Notes: generated by a model from the letters alone, not told the origin. A stretch of DNA of 64,000 nt from an uncultured Thermoleophilia bacterium (GCA_963751215.1 CAVVTV010000004.1:329226-393225); one strand, 5' to 3'. Counted from the stretch's first letter, positions 49,981 through 59,916 are shown. Numbers and translations: made by a program.

Positions 49981-51423
49981 CTAGCCCGCCGCCGGATCCT
50001 CGTGCGCGCTGGAGAGCCCGCTCACATCGGCCAGGGCCTGGCCGCGCAGACGCAGGTTGATGCGTCCGCGCTCGTACTCTTCCATGAAGTCCGTTGAGCT
50101 CCCGTCCCGGTAGGCCAGATCCTTATCGCGCAGCACGCGAGCGAGCACCTCGATGTAGCGGCCTTCCAGGGTGCGATCCGCCACGAGGCGCAGTTCCTTG
50201 AGGGCCTCAAATGAGCTGCGCGCCGCGTGGTAGGGCCGGTCGGAGGTCATGGCGTGGTACGAGTCGGCCACAGCCAGGATCTTGCTGGCCTCGGGAATCT
50301 GATCGCCGCGCACGCCGCTCGGGTAGCCGCTGCCGTCCAGCCGCTCGTGGTGGTAACGCACGATGTCGGCCACGTCCTGGTAGTTGGCCAGGTGGCTGAG
50401 CACTTCGGCGCCCTTCTCGGGATGCTCGTGGATGCAGGCCCAGTCGGCCTCGTTCAGTATCGTGGTCTTGCGCAACACGGCATCGGGCACGCCTACCTTG
50501 CCTAGGTCGTGCAGCAGGCCCGCCACATGCAGGGCGTCACTCTCCTCCTCGGGCAGGTTGAGCGCCACGGCCATGTCGCGACAGTACATGGCCACGGCCG
50601 CCGAGTGCTGGGCCGTGTACTCGTCCTTGCTGTCGAGCAGCACCACCATGGCCGCCGCCAAGCCGATGTTCATCTCCAGGTATTGGTCGCTGAGTTCTTT
50701 TTGCTTCGCCAGATGGGCCTTCTCGCGCACCAGCAGCCTGAACATGTACTGGCTCGCCAGCAACGGGATGAACAGCAGGGCCACGGCCACGATGCCCGAC
50801 TTGGCGTAGAGCGCCGCCACAGCCAAGCCGAGCAGCGCCAGAATCGCCAGCGATCTCAGGAAGGGCGGCATCTCCTCGCGCCAGAACGCCCCTATATCCT
50901 TGCCGTACCTGGTGTGCATGCCGATGCTCACGGCGACCAGGTTGGTGACCTCATAGACGGCGGCGGCGGCGGCGCCCGCCACGAGCAGCTGCACAGAGAC
51001 ACTCGTGAGTGAGACGCCAAGCACGACCACGAGCCTGTCGAACACCAGCGAGGCGAGGAAGGCGGATACCGCGAAGTTGGCGGCGTTATAGACGACCACC
51101 GCCCAGCTGTTCTCACGCCACGCCCCCCATAGACCTACGATCAGGGCGACGAGAACGGCGGGCAGACGGCCCGTGTACATGACGGCGAGGAGGATTGGCA
51201 GGTTGCCGGCCGCCAGAGTGACCCGATCGGCGACCTCCACGGCCATCTCCTCGGCCACGATCGCGAGCACGCAGAAGATGGCGGCATCGCGCAACACGAC
51301 CGCGACGAGAGCTACCGGCCCCGCGTATAGAAACGCGAACCCGATGGCACACGCCGCAATCACGGCGAAGACTACGGTCAGAGTTTGGTAGTTGCGCTCA
51401 GAAGACAGCAAGGCACCCCACAA
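49981..51423 (-). CDS. HD-GYP phosphodiesterase with an N-terminal multi-TM sensor domain
   Basis: About 240 aa hydrophobic N-terminus; TAQHS, LHDLGK, HHERLDGSGYP, VADSYHAMTSDRPY. Confidence 0.92.
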   Translation of the reverse strand: MWGALLSSERNYQTLTVVFAVIAACAIGFAFLYAGPVALVAVVLRDAAIFCVLAIVAEEMAVEVADRVTLAAGNLPILLAVMYTGRLPAVLVALIVGLWGAWRENSWAVVVYNAANFAVSAFLASLVFDRLVVVLGVSLTSVSVQLLVAGAAAAAVYEVTNLVAVSIGMHTRYGKDIGAFWREEMPPFLRSLAILALLGLAVAALYAKSGIVAVALLFIPLLASQYMFRLLVREKAHLAKQKELSDQYLEMNIGLAAAMVVLLDSKDEYTAQHSAAVAMYCRDMAVALNLPEEESDALHVAGLLHDLGKVGVPDAVLRKTTILNEADWACIHEHPEKGAEVLSHLANYQDVADIVRYHHERLDGSGYPSGVRGDQIPEASKILAVADSYHAMTSDRPYHAARSSFEALKELRLVADRTLEGRYIEVLARVLRDKDLAYRDGSSTDFMEEYERGRINLRLRGQALADVSGLSSAHEDPAAG

Positions 51424-51486
51424 CTGTGAGCAGTGCCTATTCTATCGGCACGCCAAAGTCGGACCTTGAAAAGCCGGTATCGCGCG

Positions 51487-51564
51487 CTAGTGCATCTTGC
51501 TGCCGCCGCTGGTGACGATCGCGAACAGCAGGGAAGCCAACGTCTTCTCGATCTTCTTACTCAT
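51487..51564 (-). CDS. 25-aa peptide MSKKIEKTLASLLFAIVTSGGSKMH, candidate signalling-peptide precursor
   Basis: GAGGA RBS just upstream of ATG; GC3-rich codons; co-oriented 63 nt upstream of the HD-GYP ORF. Confidence 0.7.
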   Translation of the reverse strand: MSKKIEKTLASLLFAIVTSGGSKMH

Positions 51565-51947
51565 TGTGAATCCTCACTGAGTTGATACCCTACGGTTCAG
51601 TGCATGCGGACGCTGGTACGCATCGTCCCTCCTCAAGTTTTCGCCACCATCTGCCGATACATAATGGTTGACGTTCGTTCTGACCGCACTCTACGTGAGG
51701 CGGGACGCGGCGTGCACGTTGTATCTATTTGGCCGTTGTGTCTATATTGACAACACTTTTTGGCCGACGTGTACTCCGCTGCCGGGAGGACATCGTCAAC
51801 CCATTGACCGGGGCTCCGCCGTAGGGTGTAGTAAGGCGCGCGGGTCGCCGGAGGACGCGCCGGCGGCAGGGGCCTACCACCGAGGGGACCGACACCATAG
51901 ACGCGCAAGCGGCCGGCACAACGGAATCGACGCAATCGTCAACCCCA

Positions 51948-53132
51948 TTGGCCCGCAACCGTGCCTTCATCCTGCTCTGGTCGGGCCAGTTCGTCTCGCA
52001 GATGGGCGACCGGCTGGCCATGGTCGCCTTTCCCGTGCTCGTCTACCACCGCACCGGCTCCGCCCTGAGCACAGGTCTTATCTTCGCCCTCTACACCCTG
52101 CCCTACGTGCTGTTCGGCACCTTCGCGGGCGCTGTGATCGACCGGTTCAACAAGCGCACCATCATGATCATCGCCGACCTGTTACGCGTGGGCCTCGTAG
52201 TACTCGTTCCGCTGTTCGCCACCCGTTCTCTTCCGGCCGTCTTCGTGCTCAGCTTCGCCATCTCGAGCGCGGCCGTGTTCTTCGATCCCGGCAAGATCGC
52301 CATCGTGCCCGACATCGTGGGTCCCGGCATGCTCCTGCGCGCCAACTCGCTGCTCGCCAGCGGCGAGAACCTCACTGAGATCCTGGGCTTCAGCCTGGCG
52401 GGCTTCACGCTCGCCTATGTGTCCACCGCCACCGCCTTCCGTGTTGACGCCGTCACATTCGCGGCGTCGGCCGCGGCCCTGGCGCTCATGCGCTACCGGG
52501 CTCCGCTACGCGTGGCGGCCGCGCAGCAGGCGGAGTCGCTGGGGCGACAGGTGCGCGAGGGCCTGAGCTTCCTTCGCCACCATCGCGGCCTGCTGGTGAA
52601 CACGGCCATGGTGGTAGCTTCAGTGGCCGGTCTGGGAGCCTCCTACCCGCTCACGTTCTTCCTCGCCGTTCGCGTGTTGCATGGCGGGCCACAGGCGTTT
52701 GGCCTGTTCGAGGCGGCCGTCGGCTTGGGGTATCTGGTCGGCTCGCTGATTCTGGCGGCGCTGGCGACGCGCGTGCGACTGGGCTATGCCATCACGCTCG
52801 GCCTCATGGTGATGGGCCTCGGCCTCGTGATCGTGGCGGTGACCGGGGCGGTGTGGCAGGCCTGCATGCCGTTTGCCCTGGTCGGCCTGGCCAACGCTGC
52901 GGCGCTCATATCCGTTGACACGTATCTGCAGAAAGTGGTTCCCGAACCGCTGCGCGGCCGCGTGCTGGGCGCCCGCTTCACCCTCACCCAGGGCACGTAT
53001 GCGCTTTCGGTGCTGATCGGCGGTGCGCTGGCCGGCGTGTTCGACGTGCGCGCCCTCTTTCTCGTGGCCGGCGCCTTGGTGGGCGTGCCCGCGCTGGTGG
53101 GGCTGTGTGTGAAGGAGATCCGCGAGGTCTGA
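51948..53132 (+). CDS. MFS transporter (DHA3/macrolide efflux-like)
   Basis: FILLWSGQFVSQMGD, GAVIDRFNKR, LQKVVPEPLRGRV. Confidence 0.9.
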   Translation: MARNRAFILLWSGQFVSQMGDRLAMVAFPVLVYHRTGSALSTGLIFALYTLPYVLFGTFAGAVIDRFNKRTIMIIADLLRVGLVVLVPLFATRSLPAVFVLSFAISSAAVFFDPGKIAIVPDIVGPGMLLRANSLLASGENLTEILGFSLAGFTLAYVSTATAFRVDAVTFAASAAALALMRYRAPLRVAAAQQAESLGRQVREGLSFLRHHRGLLVNTAMVVASVAGLGASYPLTFFLAVRVLHGGPQAFGLFEAAVGLGYLVGSLILAALATRVRLGYAITLGLMVMGLGLVIVAVTGAVWQACMPFALVGLANAAALISVDTYLQKVVPEPLRGRVLGARFTLTQGTYALSVLIGGALAGVFDVRALFLVAGALVGVPALVGLCVKEIREV

Positions 53133-53206
53133 GGGCCAGCCGGCGCGCTGAAACCTCAGGTTGAGCGGGGCCGCCGGCGACACGGGTCGGGCGGCCGCCC
53201 GGCTAC

Positions 53207-53235
53207 GGCGGCGGGCGGTTAGGCCGCCCGCCGCC
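53207..53235. terminator. GC-rich hairpin between convergent genes
   Basis: ggcggcgggcgg-ttagg-ccgcccgccgcc. Confidence 0.55.
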
Positions 53236-53308
53236 TGCCCCCCGGCTCTGGGCTTCCGTGCTCACGCGTCACCGAGGCGACCCCGACGCGGCGCCAGCGT
53301 CTCGCTAA

Positions 53309-53359
53309 TGTGCGGTGCGCCTGCGGCTCATCACACGCTAGCCCGCCTGCGGTGGCTAG
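53309..53359. repeat. 51-nt double-hairpin REP/MITE-like element
   Basis: tgtgcggtgcgcctgcggctcatcacacgctagcccgcctgcggtggctag; its terminal CTA is the YHS gene stop. Confidence 0.8.
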
Positions 53360-53550
53360 CCGCGTCGCACGGCCGCCGCGCCCGCGTACTGCTCAGGGTG
53401 CAGCGCGAAGCGCATGCGGCAGCGCTCCGAGCAGAAGGGGTGCAGCTCGCCGTCGTGCTCGGCGACGAGCAGCGCCTGCGCCACGGTGATCTCTCTCCCG
53501 CACACGGGGTCGCGCGTCTGGTGCTGGATGCTGTCGTCGGTGGCTTGCAT
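53356..53550 (-). CDS. YHS/TRASH domain protein
   Basis: DPVCG...FCSERC...F...PEQY. Confidence 0.85.
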   Translation of the reverse strand: MQATDDSIQHQTRDPVCGREITVAQALLVAEHDGELHPFCSERCRMRFALHPEQYAGAAAVRRG

Positions 53551-53563
53551 GGTGCTTCCTCGC

Positions 53564-53698
53564 CTACTCCGCAAGGCCTTCGAGGGTCTCTGCCTCGCCG
53601 GCCTCGTCCCCGGCGGCACTATCGCCGGCGGCCGGCGCGTCTTCACGATCGCTGGAGTCGTCTTCGCTCAGCTCGCCTCTCAGCAGCTCGTCGTTCAT
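53564..53698 (-). CDS. Putative 44-aa acidic peptide
   Basis: AAGGTGA RBS; MNDELLRGELSEDDSSDRED...; ends 13 nt before the YHS start. Confidence 0.45.
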   Translation of the reverse strand: MNDELLRGELSEDDSSDREDAPAAGDSAAGDEAGEAETLEGLAE

Positions 53699-53796
53699 CT
53701 GCTCACCTTTCTCTTGGAGTGCCTTACGGCCACAGTTGTAGCGCCCGCCCATGAGGTGCGCGTGAGCAGCAGGTTCAGGGTCCGCAGCCGGAGCCA

Positions 53797-53994
53797 CTGC
53801 TACTCTTCCTCGAGGGCTACACCCATCCGGCGCGCTACGCCGACCTGGCCAAGCGCGGCGTGATCCCCGCCGCGGTCACCGCCCAGCTGCCGCCGGCCGC
53901 CGCCTACGCCGCCATCCAGTTCGCGACGCAGGACCAGATCGCCGCGGCCACCAAGGTGGTCACGGCGCAGTGGGGGCCCAAGGTTGCGGGCTGA
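53797..53994 (+). pseudogene. Orphan C-terminal fragment of an ABC solute-binding protein
   Basis: LLLFLEGYTHPARYADLAKRGVIP...QDQIAAATKVVTAQWGPKVAG-stop; no start codon; resembles the C-terminus of the 589-1738 protein. Confidence 0.65.
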
Positions 53995-54021
53995 CGACCA
54001 GCTCTCGCACCGGCGATCTGC

Positions 54022-54894
54022 CTACCTGCCCCACCAGTGGTCGACCATGCGGCGCACGAGGCGCCCGTATCTGAGCGGACTGAACACGCTGCTCAGGCGG
54101 GCCGCGCCAGTCTGCGGCCCCGGGCGCGGCGGCACGCCACCGCGAGCCAGCTCGGCGACGGCAGACATGCGACGCCGGTAGACCGTGTGGGAGACCAGGG
54201 CCCCAACGGGCAACAGCATCACCAGCCCGCCACCGATATACCCGCCGGGGACACGCGGCCCTGTGCCCGGCGCCGCCGCCCGGCGTACCCTCGTCCTGGA
54301 GATAGGCTGACCGCTCGGCGAGGGCTCGGGCGTGGTGTACGCCGCCCCGCTTTCGCTCGGCGAGGGCGTGGGAGAGGCCGACGAGGCGCTCGCGTCAGCG
54401 GCGGTGGCGCCGGCCGGCGAGTCGCCGGCGGAGCTCGACGACGTGCTGCCGCCGGGGGACGGGTCGCCGGCCGCGGAGCCGGCGTCCGAGCCCGAAGCGC
54501 CGCCCGAGTCCGGCTGCGACGCCGGCCCGGATGAATCCGGGGCGGCCACCGCGAAGGTGTGCCGCGCAGTCGTCGTGTTGCCGACCTTGTCGGCGACGGT
54601 CAGGCGCACCGAGTGGTTCGCGTACTCGAGGCTCGTGGCCTTGAACGAAAGCGCGGCGCCCGGGTCTTCGCCGGCCGCCACCACCGCCGGCATGGCCCAA
54701 GGGGTCAACTCGGGAGCCTCTGTGCCCCGGCCGAAGCCACCGCTGCCGACCTGACTGGCGTGCAGGTAGTCGAGGGCTCGCGTAGCCGGGGTGGAGCTCG
54801 TGGCGGCCCGGGCCGAGGGCGTGAACGGCACGAACACGCCCAGCGCCACGCCCGCGAGCGCCAGCGCCCGCGCCACGCGCATCGACCTGTTCAC
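54022..54894 (-). pseudogene. Surface protein with a prenyltransferase/squalene oxidase-type repeat, apparently internally deleted
   Basis: Signal peptide and a single ALDYLHASQ..GGF repeat, then a jump to a partial Ig strand (TVADKVGN), Ser/Pro linker and C-terminal TM. Confidence 0.55.
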
Positions 54895-55251
54895 AGTGAA
54901 GGTCACGCCCTCAAGGCCGGCGCACCGCGCGGGCCTGGACCCGCAGCCTGGCTCGCTCGCCGAGTCCGCTCGTCGCTCATGGGTTCGTCTCGTCCGTAGG
55001 AGATACCGGGCGAGTCTTTCTACTCCCCTACCGTGAGCGAAGCGTGAACCTCGTGCTGGCTTGACGTGAAGACCCGACGGCGGGCATACCTCCAGGCGCC
55101 GGCGGGCATGCTTCCGCAAGCCCGCGGTGATAGCCTTGGTGCGATGCCCGTGGCACGGTCGTGGGGCCGTGCCGTCGGGTGACGAGGCCTGGGGCAGGCC
55201 TCCCGACCCTTACGCCAGGTGGTCACGCGCCACGGATGCGCCAAGGAATCG

Positions 55252-56631
55252 ATGACTCAGCCGCACGACCCACAGACACCAGCACTCCCCGCCGCCGGCC
55301 GCACCAGCTGGCTGCAACTCGGCGTGGTTGCGGCCGGAAGCTTCGTCACGTGGACGGGTTTCGGCGTCATCATCCCCTACCTGCCCATCTTCCTGAAGAC
55401 GCAGGCGCACAGCTCGCTGCTCATGATCGGCCTCGTCACCAGCATGTTCTACGCGGGCACGCTGCTCTTCTCGTCACCGCTCGGATGGTTGAGCGACATC
55501 GTGGGTCGCAAACCCGTGATGGTGGCCGGGGCAGCCGTGTACGCGGTCGCCCTACTGCTGTTCACCACCACCACCGACCCGCACTGGTTTGTGCTCTTCC
55601 GGCTGCTGGAGGGCATCGGCACGGCCGCCTTCGGGCCCGCCGCCCTGTCGTTCGTCGCCGACGTGACCACCGAGGCCAACCGCAGCAAGGCCTACGGCTT
55701 TCTCACCACGGCGCAGTTCGGCGGGCTCGTGTTTGGGCCGGCCCTGGCCGCGCCCCTCTATCACCTGGCAGGCGGCGGCCTTAGCGGCTTCTATGCGATC
55801 TTCTACTTCGGCGCCGTACTGGCCGGTCTGGCCTTCGTCTCGGTGATCGTGTTCGTGCGCGAGCCCGCGGCACACGGAGTGCGGCGTAGCCAGCGCCGCG
55901 CCGACCGCACGCGCGTCAAGCGCAAGGGAGGCCGCCCTTCGTGGAGCGTTATCCTCAGCCCGGCCGTCGTCGCTTTGCTCATCATCGCCTTCACCAACAA
56001 CTACGCGATGGGGGCCTTCGAGGTGATCTGGAGCCTGTGGCTGCAGCATCTGGGGGCGTCGCTCACCTTCATCGGCCTCACCTGGGTGGCGTTCAGCGTG
56101 CCCATGCTGCTCAGCTTCCTGGGTGGCATCCTCGCCGATCGCTACAGCCGCTTCTGGCTGTTCGTCGTCGGCTACGTGCTGTCGGAAGTGGCCTGGATCT
56201 ACTATGGCGTCTCGCACAACCTGCAGCTCTTCATCACCGTCAATGTGTTCGAAGGTCTGGCGGTCGCTTTCTCGTACCCCGCCAAGCAGGCGCTCCTGGT
56301 GCAGGTGAGCCCGCCGCGCTGGGTGGGCACCATCACCGGCGTGGAGAGCTCGGCCACTCAGCTCGCCGGCCTGCTGGGCTCCCTCACCGCGCCTCTGCTC
56401 TACGGCGTGGTCTCGGGCAAGGTGCTCACCATCAGCGGGCTTCTGGGCCTCGCCGGCATGGCAGTGGCCGCGCCCATCCTGGGCCGTGCCCTCAAGCAGC
56501 TCAAGGATGCCGGGCCGGCAACACTCACGGCTGGCCCGGACGCTGCGGCCGGCGACAGCCGTGGGCCACAAGCCTCGGCCGGCGACGGCCGCGGGCCAGG
56601 CGCCGCGCAGCCGCCAATACAGACGGAGTAA
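55252..56631 (+). CDS. MFS transporter (DHA1-like)
   Basis: AAGGA RBS; GWLSDIVGRK, FRLLEGIG, GLVFGPAL. Confidence 0.9.
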   Translation: MTQPHDPQTPALPAAGRTSWLQLGVVAAGSFVTWTGFGVIIPYLPIFLKTQAHSSLLMIGLVTSMFYAGTLLFSSPLGWLSDIVGRKPVMVAGAAVYAVALLLFTTTTDPHWFVLFRLLEGIGTAAFGPAALSFVADVTTEANRSKAYGFLTTAQFGGLVFGPALAAPLYHLAGGGLSGFYAIFYFGAVLAGLAFVSVIVFVREPAAHGVRRSQRRADRTRVKRKGGRPSWSVILSPAVVALLIIAFTNNYAMGAFEVIWSLWLQHLGASLTFIGLTWVAFSVPMLLSFLGGILADRYSRFWLFVVGYVLSEVAWIYYGVSHNLQLFITVNVFEGLAVAFSYPAKQALLVQVSPPRWVGTITGVESSATQLAGLLGSLTAPLLYGVVSGKVLTISGLLGLAGMAVAAPILGRALKQLKDAGPATLTAGPDAAAGDSRGPQASAGDGRGPGAAQPPIQTE

Positions 56632-56814
56632 CCAGCCGGGGCAGCGCACGCAGTAGGCAAGCCGCTCTCCGGCGGCACCGCATTCGCCAACGCCGCGCAG
56701 CAACGGCCTGCCGAGCGCAGCGAGCGAAGTGAGACGCCCTCCTCTCGCCCGCCGCCGCGGTGCCCCGCCGGCCCACCAGCGCGCGAGCCGGTGGGCCACC
56801 GAGGCTCAACGCAC

Positions 56815-56850
56815 GAGCGGGGCGGGCGCTCGCCAGCGCCCGCCCCGCTC
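56815..56850. terminator. 16-bp perfect hairpin between convergent MFS and APC genes
   Basis: gagcggggcgggcgct-cgcc-agcgcccgccccgctc. Confidence 0.7.
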
Positions 56851-56872
56851 TTCGCCTACTCAGTGGCGCCGC

Positions 56873-58474
56873 TCAGGCGGCCTTGGAGATCTCCGTCTCG
56901 CGCGCCAGCTGCGCTTCTACCACATCCGGTGGATCGATGTATGGCCGCATCGTGTCCACCGTCTCCATGGTGCGGCTGAAGAACGGCTTGGAGCGCTTTA
57001 TGAAGAGCGACACCACAACCATCACAACGACTCCCGACAGGATGAATCCCACACCCAGGACGAACGGTGGCCCGACGCCGAACCAGGAGGTGCCCGAGGC
57101 GGAGTTGGCCGGGTACCACAGCGAGTCCAGAGAGGCGATGAACACCCACAGCAGAGAGAGTCCACCGATCAGCGGGAAGAGAGCCAGGAAGACGAACTTC
57201 TTGAAGCTCTCCAGCACGTGATGACGGTAGAACAGGGGCACGGCGAACCCGTTGATGCCGTAGTAGAAGGCGATCGTGAGACCCAGGGCGGCGATGCTGT
57301 CGGCCAGCACGTTCTGGCTGAGCAGCGTAAGCCCCACATACCAGACGATGGAGAGCACGCCGTAGATGGCGGTGCCCCACACCGGGGTCTGGAAGCGCGG
57401 GCTCATGCGCGCCCAGATCTTGGGGATGGCCCCGTGCGAAGCCATAGACAGCGTTGTCCGGGCACCCGGCAGGATGGTGGTCATGGTGCTCGCCGTCGCC
57501 GAGGTCAGCACCACGGCGATGAGCAGCTTACTCAGGGTGCCGCCCAGTACCGCCGAGCCCAGCGGACTCAGCACGTCGGCGGAGTTCTTGCCCAGGTAGG
57601 CTGGGCCATGGAACGACTGCGCCGCCGCCGTGGCCAGCACGTAGATGAACACCAGCGCCAGCGTGCTCAGCACGGCGGCGATACCCGGGACTATTGACTT
57701 GCGCTCGGTCTCTTCGTTCACCGAGACGGCGGTGTCCCAGCCCCAGTAGATGAACAGGGCCAGCAGCACGCCGCCGGCCAATGCGCCGAGGTTCATATTG
57801 GGCACGAACCACGAGAGCGCTGGATGCACCGAGCCGGCCGGGGCCGGGCTCGCAGAGTACACCTTGACGAGCGCGACGACGCTGAAGATCACGAGCATCG
57901 TGTACTCGAAGCCCAGCAGGATCCACTGGAGGCGCGCGCTCACCTCGATGCCGATGGCCGTGACCACAGACATGAGCACCAGAAACGCGACGCCCACGGT
58001 GGTAACCCAGAACAGCGAGTTGGCGAGGCTGTGGAGCCCGAGCAGCAGGAAGAAGTACGTGCCCGTAATCTGCGCGAGGCTAGCCATGACGATGATGTCG
58101 GCGGCGACCATGACCCAGCCGGTGACCCAGCCGGTACGCGGCCCCATGGCGCGCGTTACCCAGCTGAAGGTGGTGCCGCAATCGGGATCGACCTTGTTGA
58201 GGTAGTAGTAGGAACTGGCGATCAGGATCATGGGGAAGAACGACACGATCATGATGGCCGGGCTCTTAAGGCCCACGCCAGCGACGACCGCGACCAGCCC
58301 AAGCGTTACCGCCAGGCTGTACGCGGGCGCCGTCGATGCTACCCCGATGACGACACTGCTGAGCAGACCGACGGCGTTGCCCTTGAGGCCCTTGCTTGTC
58401 TCCGGTTCGGCGACCACGCCAGGTACGGGCTTGTCCCCTTGTGGCACGGGTAAGGCAGCCAGCGAGCCTTCCAT
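56873..58474 (-). CDS. APC family amino acid/polyamine permease
   Basis: AAAGGAGG RBS; GVASTAPAYSL, PDCGTTFSW, FIYWGWD, NEET. Confidence 0.92.
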   Translation of the reverse strand: MEGSLAALPVPQGDKPVPGVVAEPETSKGLKGNAVGLLSSVVIGVASTAPAYSLAVTLGLVAVVAGVGLKSPAIMIVSFFPMILIASSYYYLNKVDPDCGTTFSWVTRAMGPRTGWVTGWVMVAADIIVMASLAQITGTYFFLLLGLHSLANSLFWVTTVGVAFLVLMSVVTAIGIEVSARLQWILLGFEYTMLVIFSVVALVKVYSASPAPAGSVHPALSWFVPNMNLGALAGGVLLALFIYWGWDTAVSVNEETERKSIVPGIAAVLSTLALVFIYVLATAAAQSFHGPAYLGKNSADVLSPLGSAVLGGTLSKLLIAVVLTSATASTMTTILPGARTTLSMASHGAIPKIWARMSPRFQTPVWGTAIYGVLSIVWYVGLTLLSQNVLADSIAALGLTIAFYYGINGFAVPLFYRHHVLESFKKFVFLALFPLIGGLSLLWVFIASLDSLWYPANSASGTSWFGVGPPFVLGVGFILSGVVVMVVVSLFIKRSKPFFSRTMETVDTMRPYIDPPDVVEAQLARETEISKAA

Positions 58475-58739
58475 GGTCCCTCCTTTCTCTGCTATGGACC
58501 GGGACTCCAGCCGAGGCGCCGGCCCCGATCACTCCGCGACCATGTAGACGGTCACAGCGGCGAAGCCATCACACTCCGCCGGAGTGGTTAACTGCAGGGT
58601 TTCCACTACGCCCGCATGTATAACTCCCGAGCCGTAGAGGACGGGCTGGGCCTGGCGCAGGCCCCGGCCGCGGCCGAATGCCGCGCTCAGGGTGCGAGCC
58701 CACCGCCAGCGTGGGCGGGCTCGCGGCCGGCAGTTCACC

Positions 58740-58840
58740 GTGTGGTGCGCCTGCGGCTCACCACACGGTGGCCCTCCGGCGGTGGCTAGTGTGTGGTGCG
58801 CCTGCGGCTCACCACACGTTAGCCCGCCTGCGGTGGCTAA
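58740..58840. repeat. Two tandem copies of the 51-nt REP/MITE-like element
   Basis: gtgtggtgcgcctgcggctcaccacacg occurs twice, each followed by ...gcggtggcta; the last CTA is the mqnC stop. Confidence 0.85.
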
Positions 58841-59916
58841 TACCGCCGGACTACGCCGTATAGGGTGTCGCGCTGCACCGGGGTGTGCCCGGCGGCGCGG
58901 ATGAGGCGCACCATCTCGGCCACGTCGCACTGGTTGCGCACGCCGGCCGCCGCCACCACGTTCTCCTCGATCATCGTGGAGCCCATGTCGTTGGCGCCGA
59001 AGGCGAGTGCCACCTGTCCCATCTTCAGACCCTGCGTGACCCACGAGGCCTGGATGTTGGCCACGTTGTCGAGGTAGATGCGGCTCACGGCGAGCAGACG
59101 TAGGTAGTCGACACCCGTGGCGGGGCTGTGCCCGGCCTGCAAGGCGGTGTTGCCGGCCTGGAAGGTCCAGGGGATGAAGGCCGTGAATCCGCCGGTTTCG
59201 TCTTGCAGGTCGCGGATGCGACGCAGGTGCTCCACGCGCTCGCTCGGCGTATCGAGTGACCCGAACATCATGGTCGCCGTGGTCTTCATGCCCAGGCCGT
59301 GGGCCACACGCATCACGTCGAGCCACCTGTTCGTGGGGATCTTATGCGGGCTGATGGCCGTGCGCACGCGATCGACCAGGACCTCGGCGCCGCCGCCCGG
59401 CAGAGAATCCAGCCCTGCCGCACGGAGACGTCTCAACGTCTGGTTGAGGGTGAGACCGCTCACCTTCGCGATGTGCGCGACCTCCGGCGGCGAGAGCGAA
59501 TGAATGTGAATGGGGTAGCGCTCCTTGATGCCGCTGAAGACCTTCTCGAACCAGCGAATGTCGAGGTCGGGGTGCAGGCCGCCCTGCATCATGACGGCCG
59601 TGCCGCCCAGCGCCAGGGTCTCTTCGATCTTGCGATGGATGTCGGCCTCGTTCAGCAGATAGCCCTCGCCGCTCCCCGGCTCCTTGTAGAAGGCGCAGAA
59701 GCGGCAACCGCTCAGGCAGTAGTCGGTATAGTTGATGTTGCGGTCGACGATGAACGTGGCCTCGTCGCCGGGATGCAGACGGCGGCGCAGGGCGTCGGCC
59801 TGCGCGCCGAGCGTCAGAAGATCGCCGCCCTCGAGCAGGAAGACGGCCTCGTCGTCGCCGAGGCGTGATGTGGACGGCGGAGCTGCGGAGGCCGGCTCGG
59901 GCGTGGCGGCGCTCAT
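58837..59916 (-). CDS. mqnC: Cyclic dehypoxanthine futalosine synthase
   Basis: DRNINYT, CLSGCRFC, QGGLHP, PGGGAE, FIPWTFQ, GSTMIEENVV. Confidence 0.92.
   Translation of the reverse strand: MSAATPEPASAAPPSTSRLGDDEAVFLLEGGDLLTLGAQADALRRRLHPGDEATFIVDRNINYTDYCLSGCRFCAFYKEPGSGEGYLLNEADIHRKIEETLALGGTAVMMQGGLHPDLDIRWFEKVFSGIKERYPIHIHSLSPPEVAHIAKVSGLTLNQTLRRLRAAGLDSLPGGGAEVLVDRVRTAISPHKIPTNRWLDVMRVAHGLGMKTTATMMFGSLDTPSERVEHLRRIRDLQDETGGFTAFIPWTFQAGNTALQAGHSPATGVDYLRLLAVSRIYLDNVANIQASWVTQGLKMGQVALAFGANDMGSTMIEENVVAAAGVRNQCDVAEMVRLIRAAGHTPVQRDTLYGVVRRY

Noticed and set aside
55030-55130. gtgaagacc...gcaagc resembling the 3' half of a SAM-IV riboswitch; cobalamin riboswitch also considered
   Set aside because: The SAM-IV GGCAACC core and the cobalamin AGGGAA/GCCCCCGC/ACTGT elements are missing
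56544-56610. Imperfect 30-nt tandem duplication at the end of the MFS gene
   Set aside because: An in-frame low-complexity tail (AGDSRGP/AGDGRGP), common and uninformative
58740-58840. A 28-nt identical repeat occurring twice, like a mini-CRISPR
   Set aside because: The intervening sequences resemble each other, the whole unit recurs elsewhere, and there are no cas genes; treated as a REP-like element
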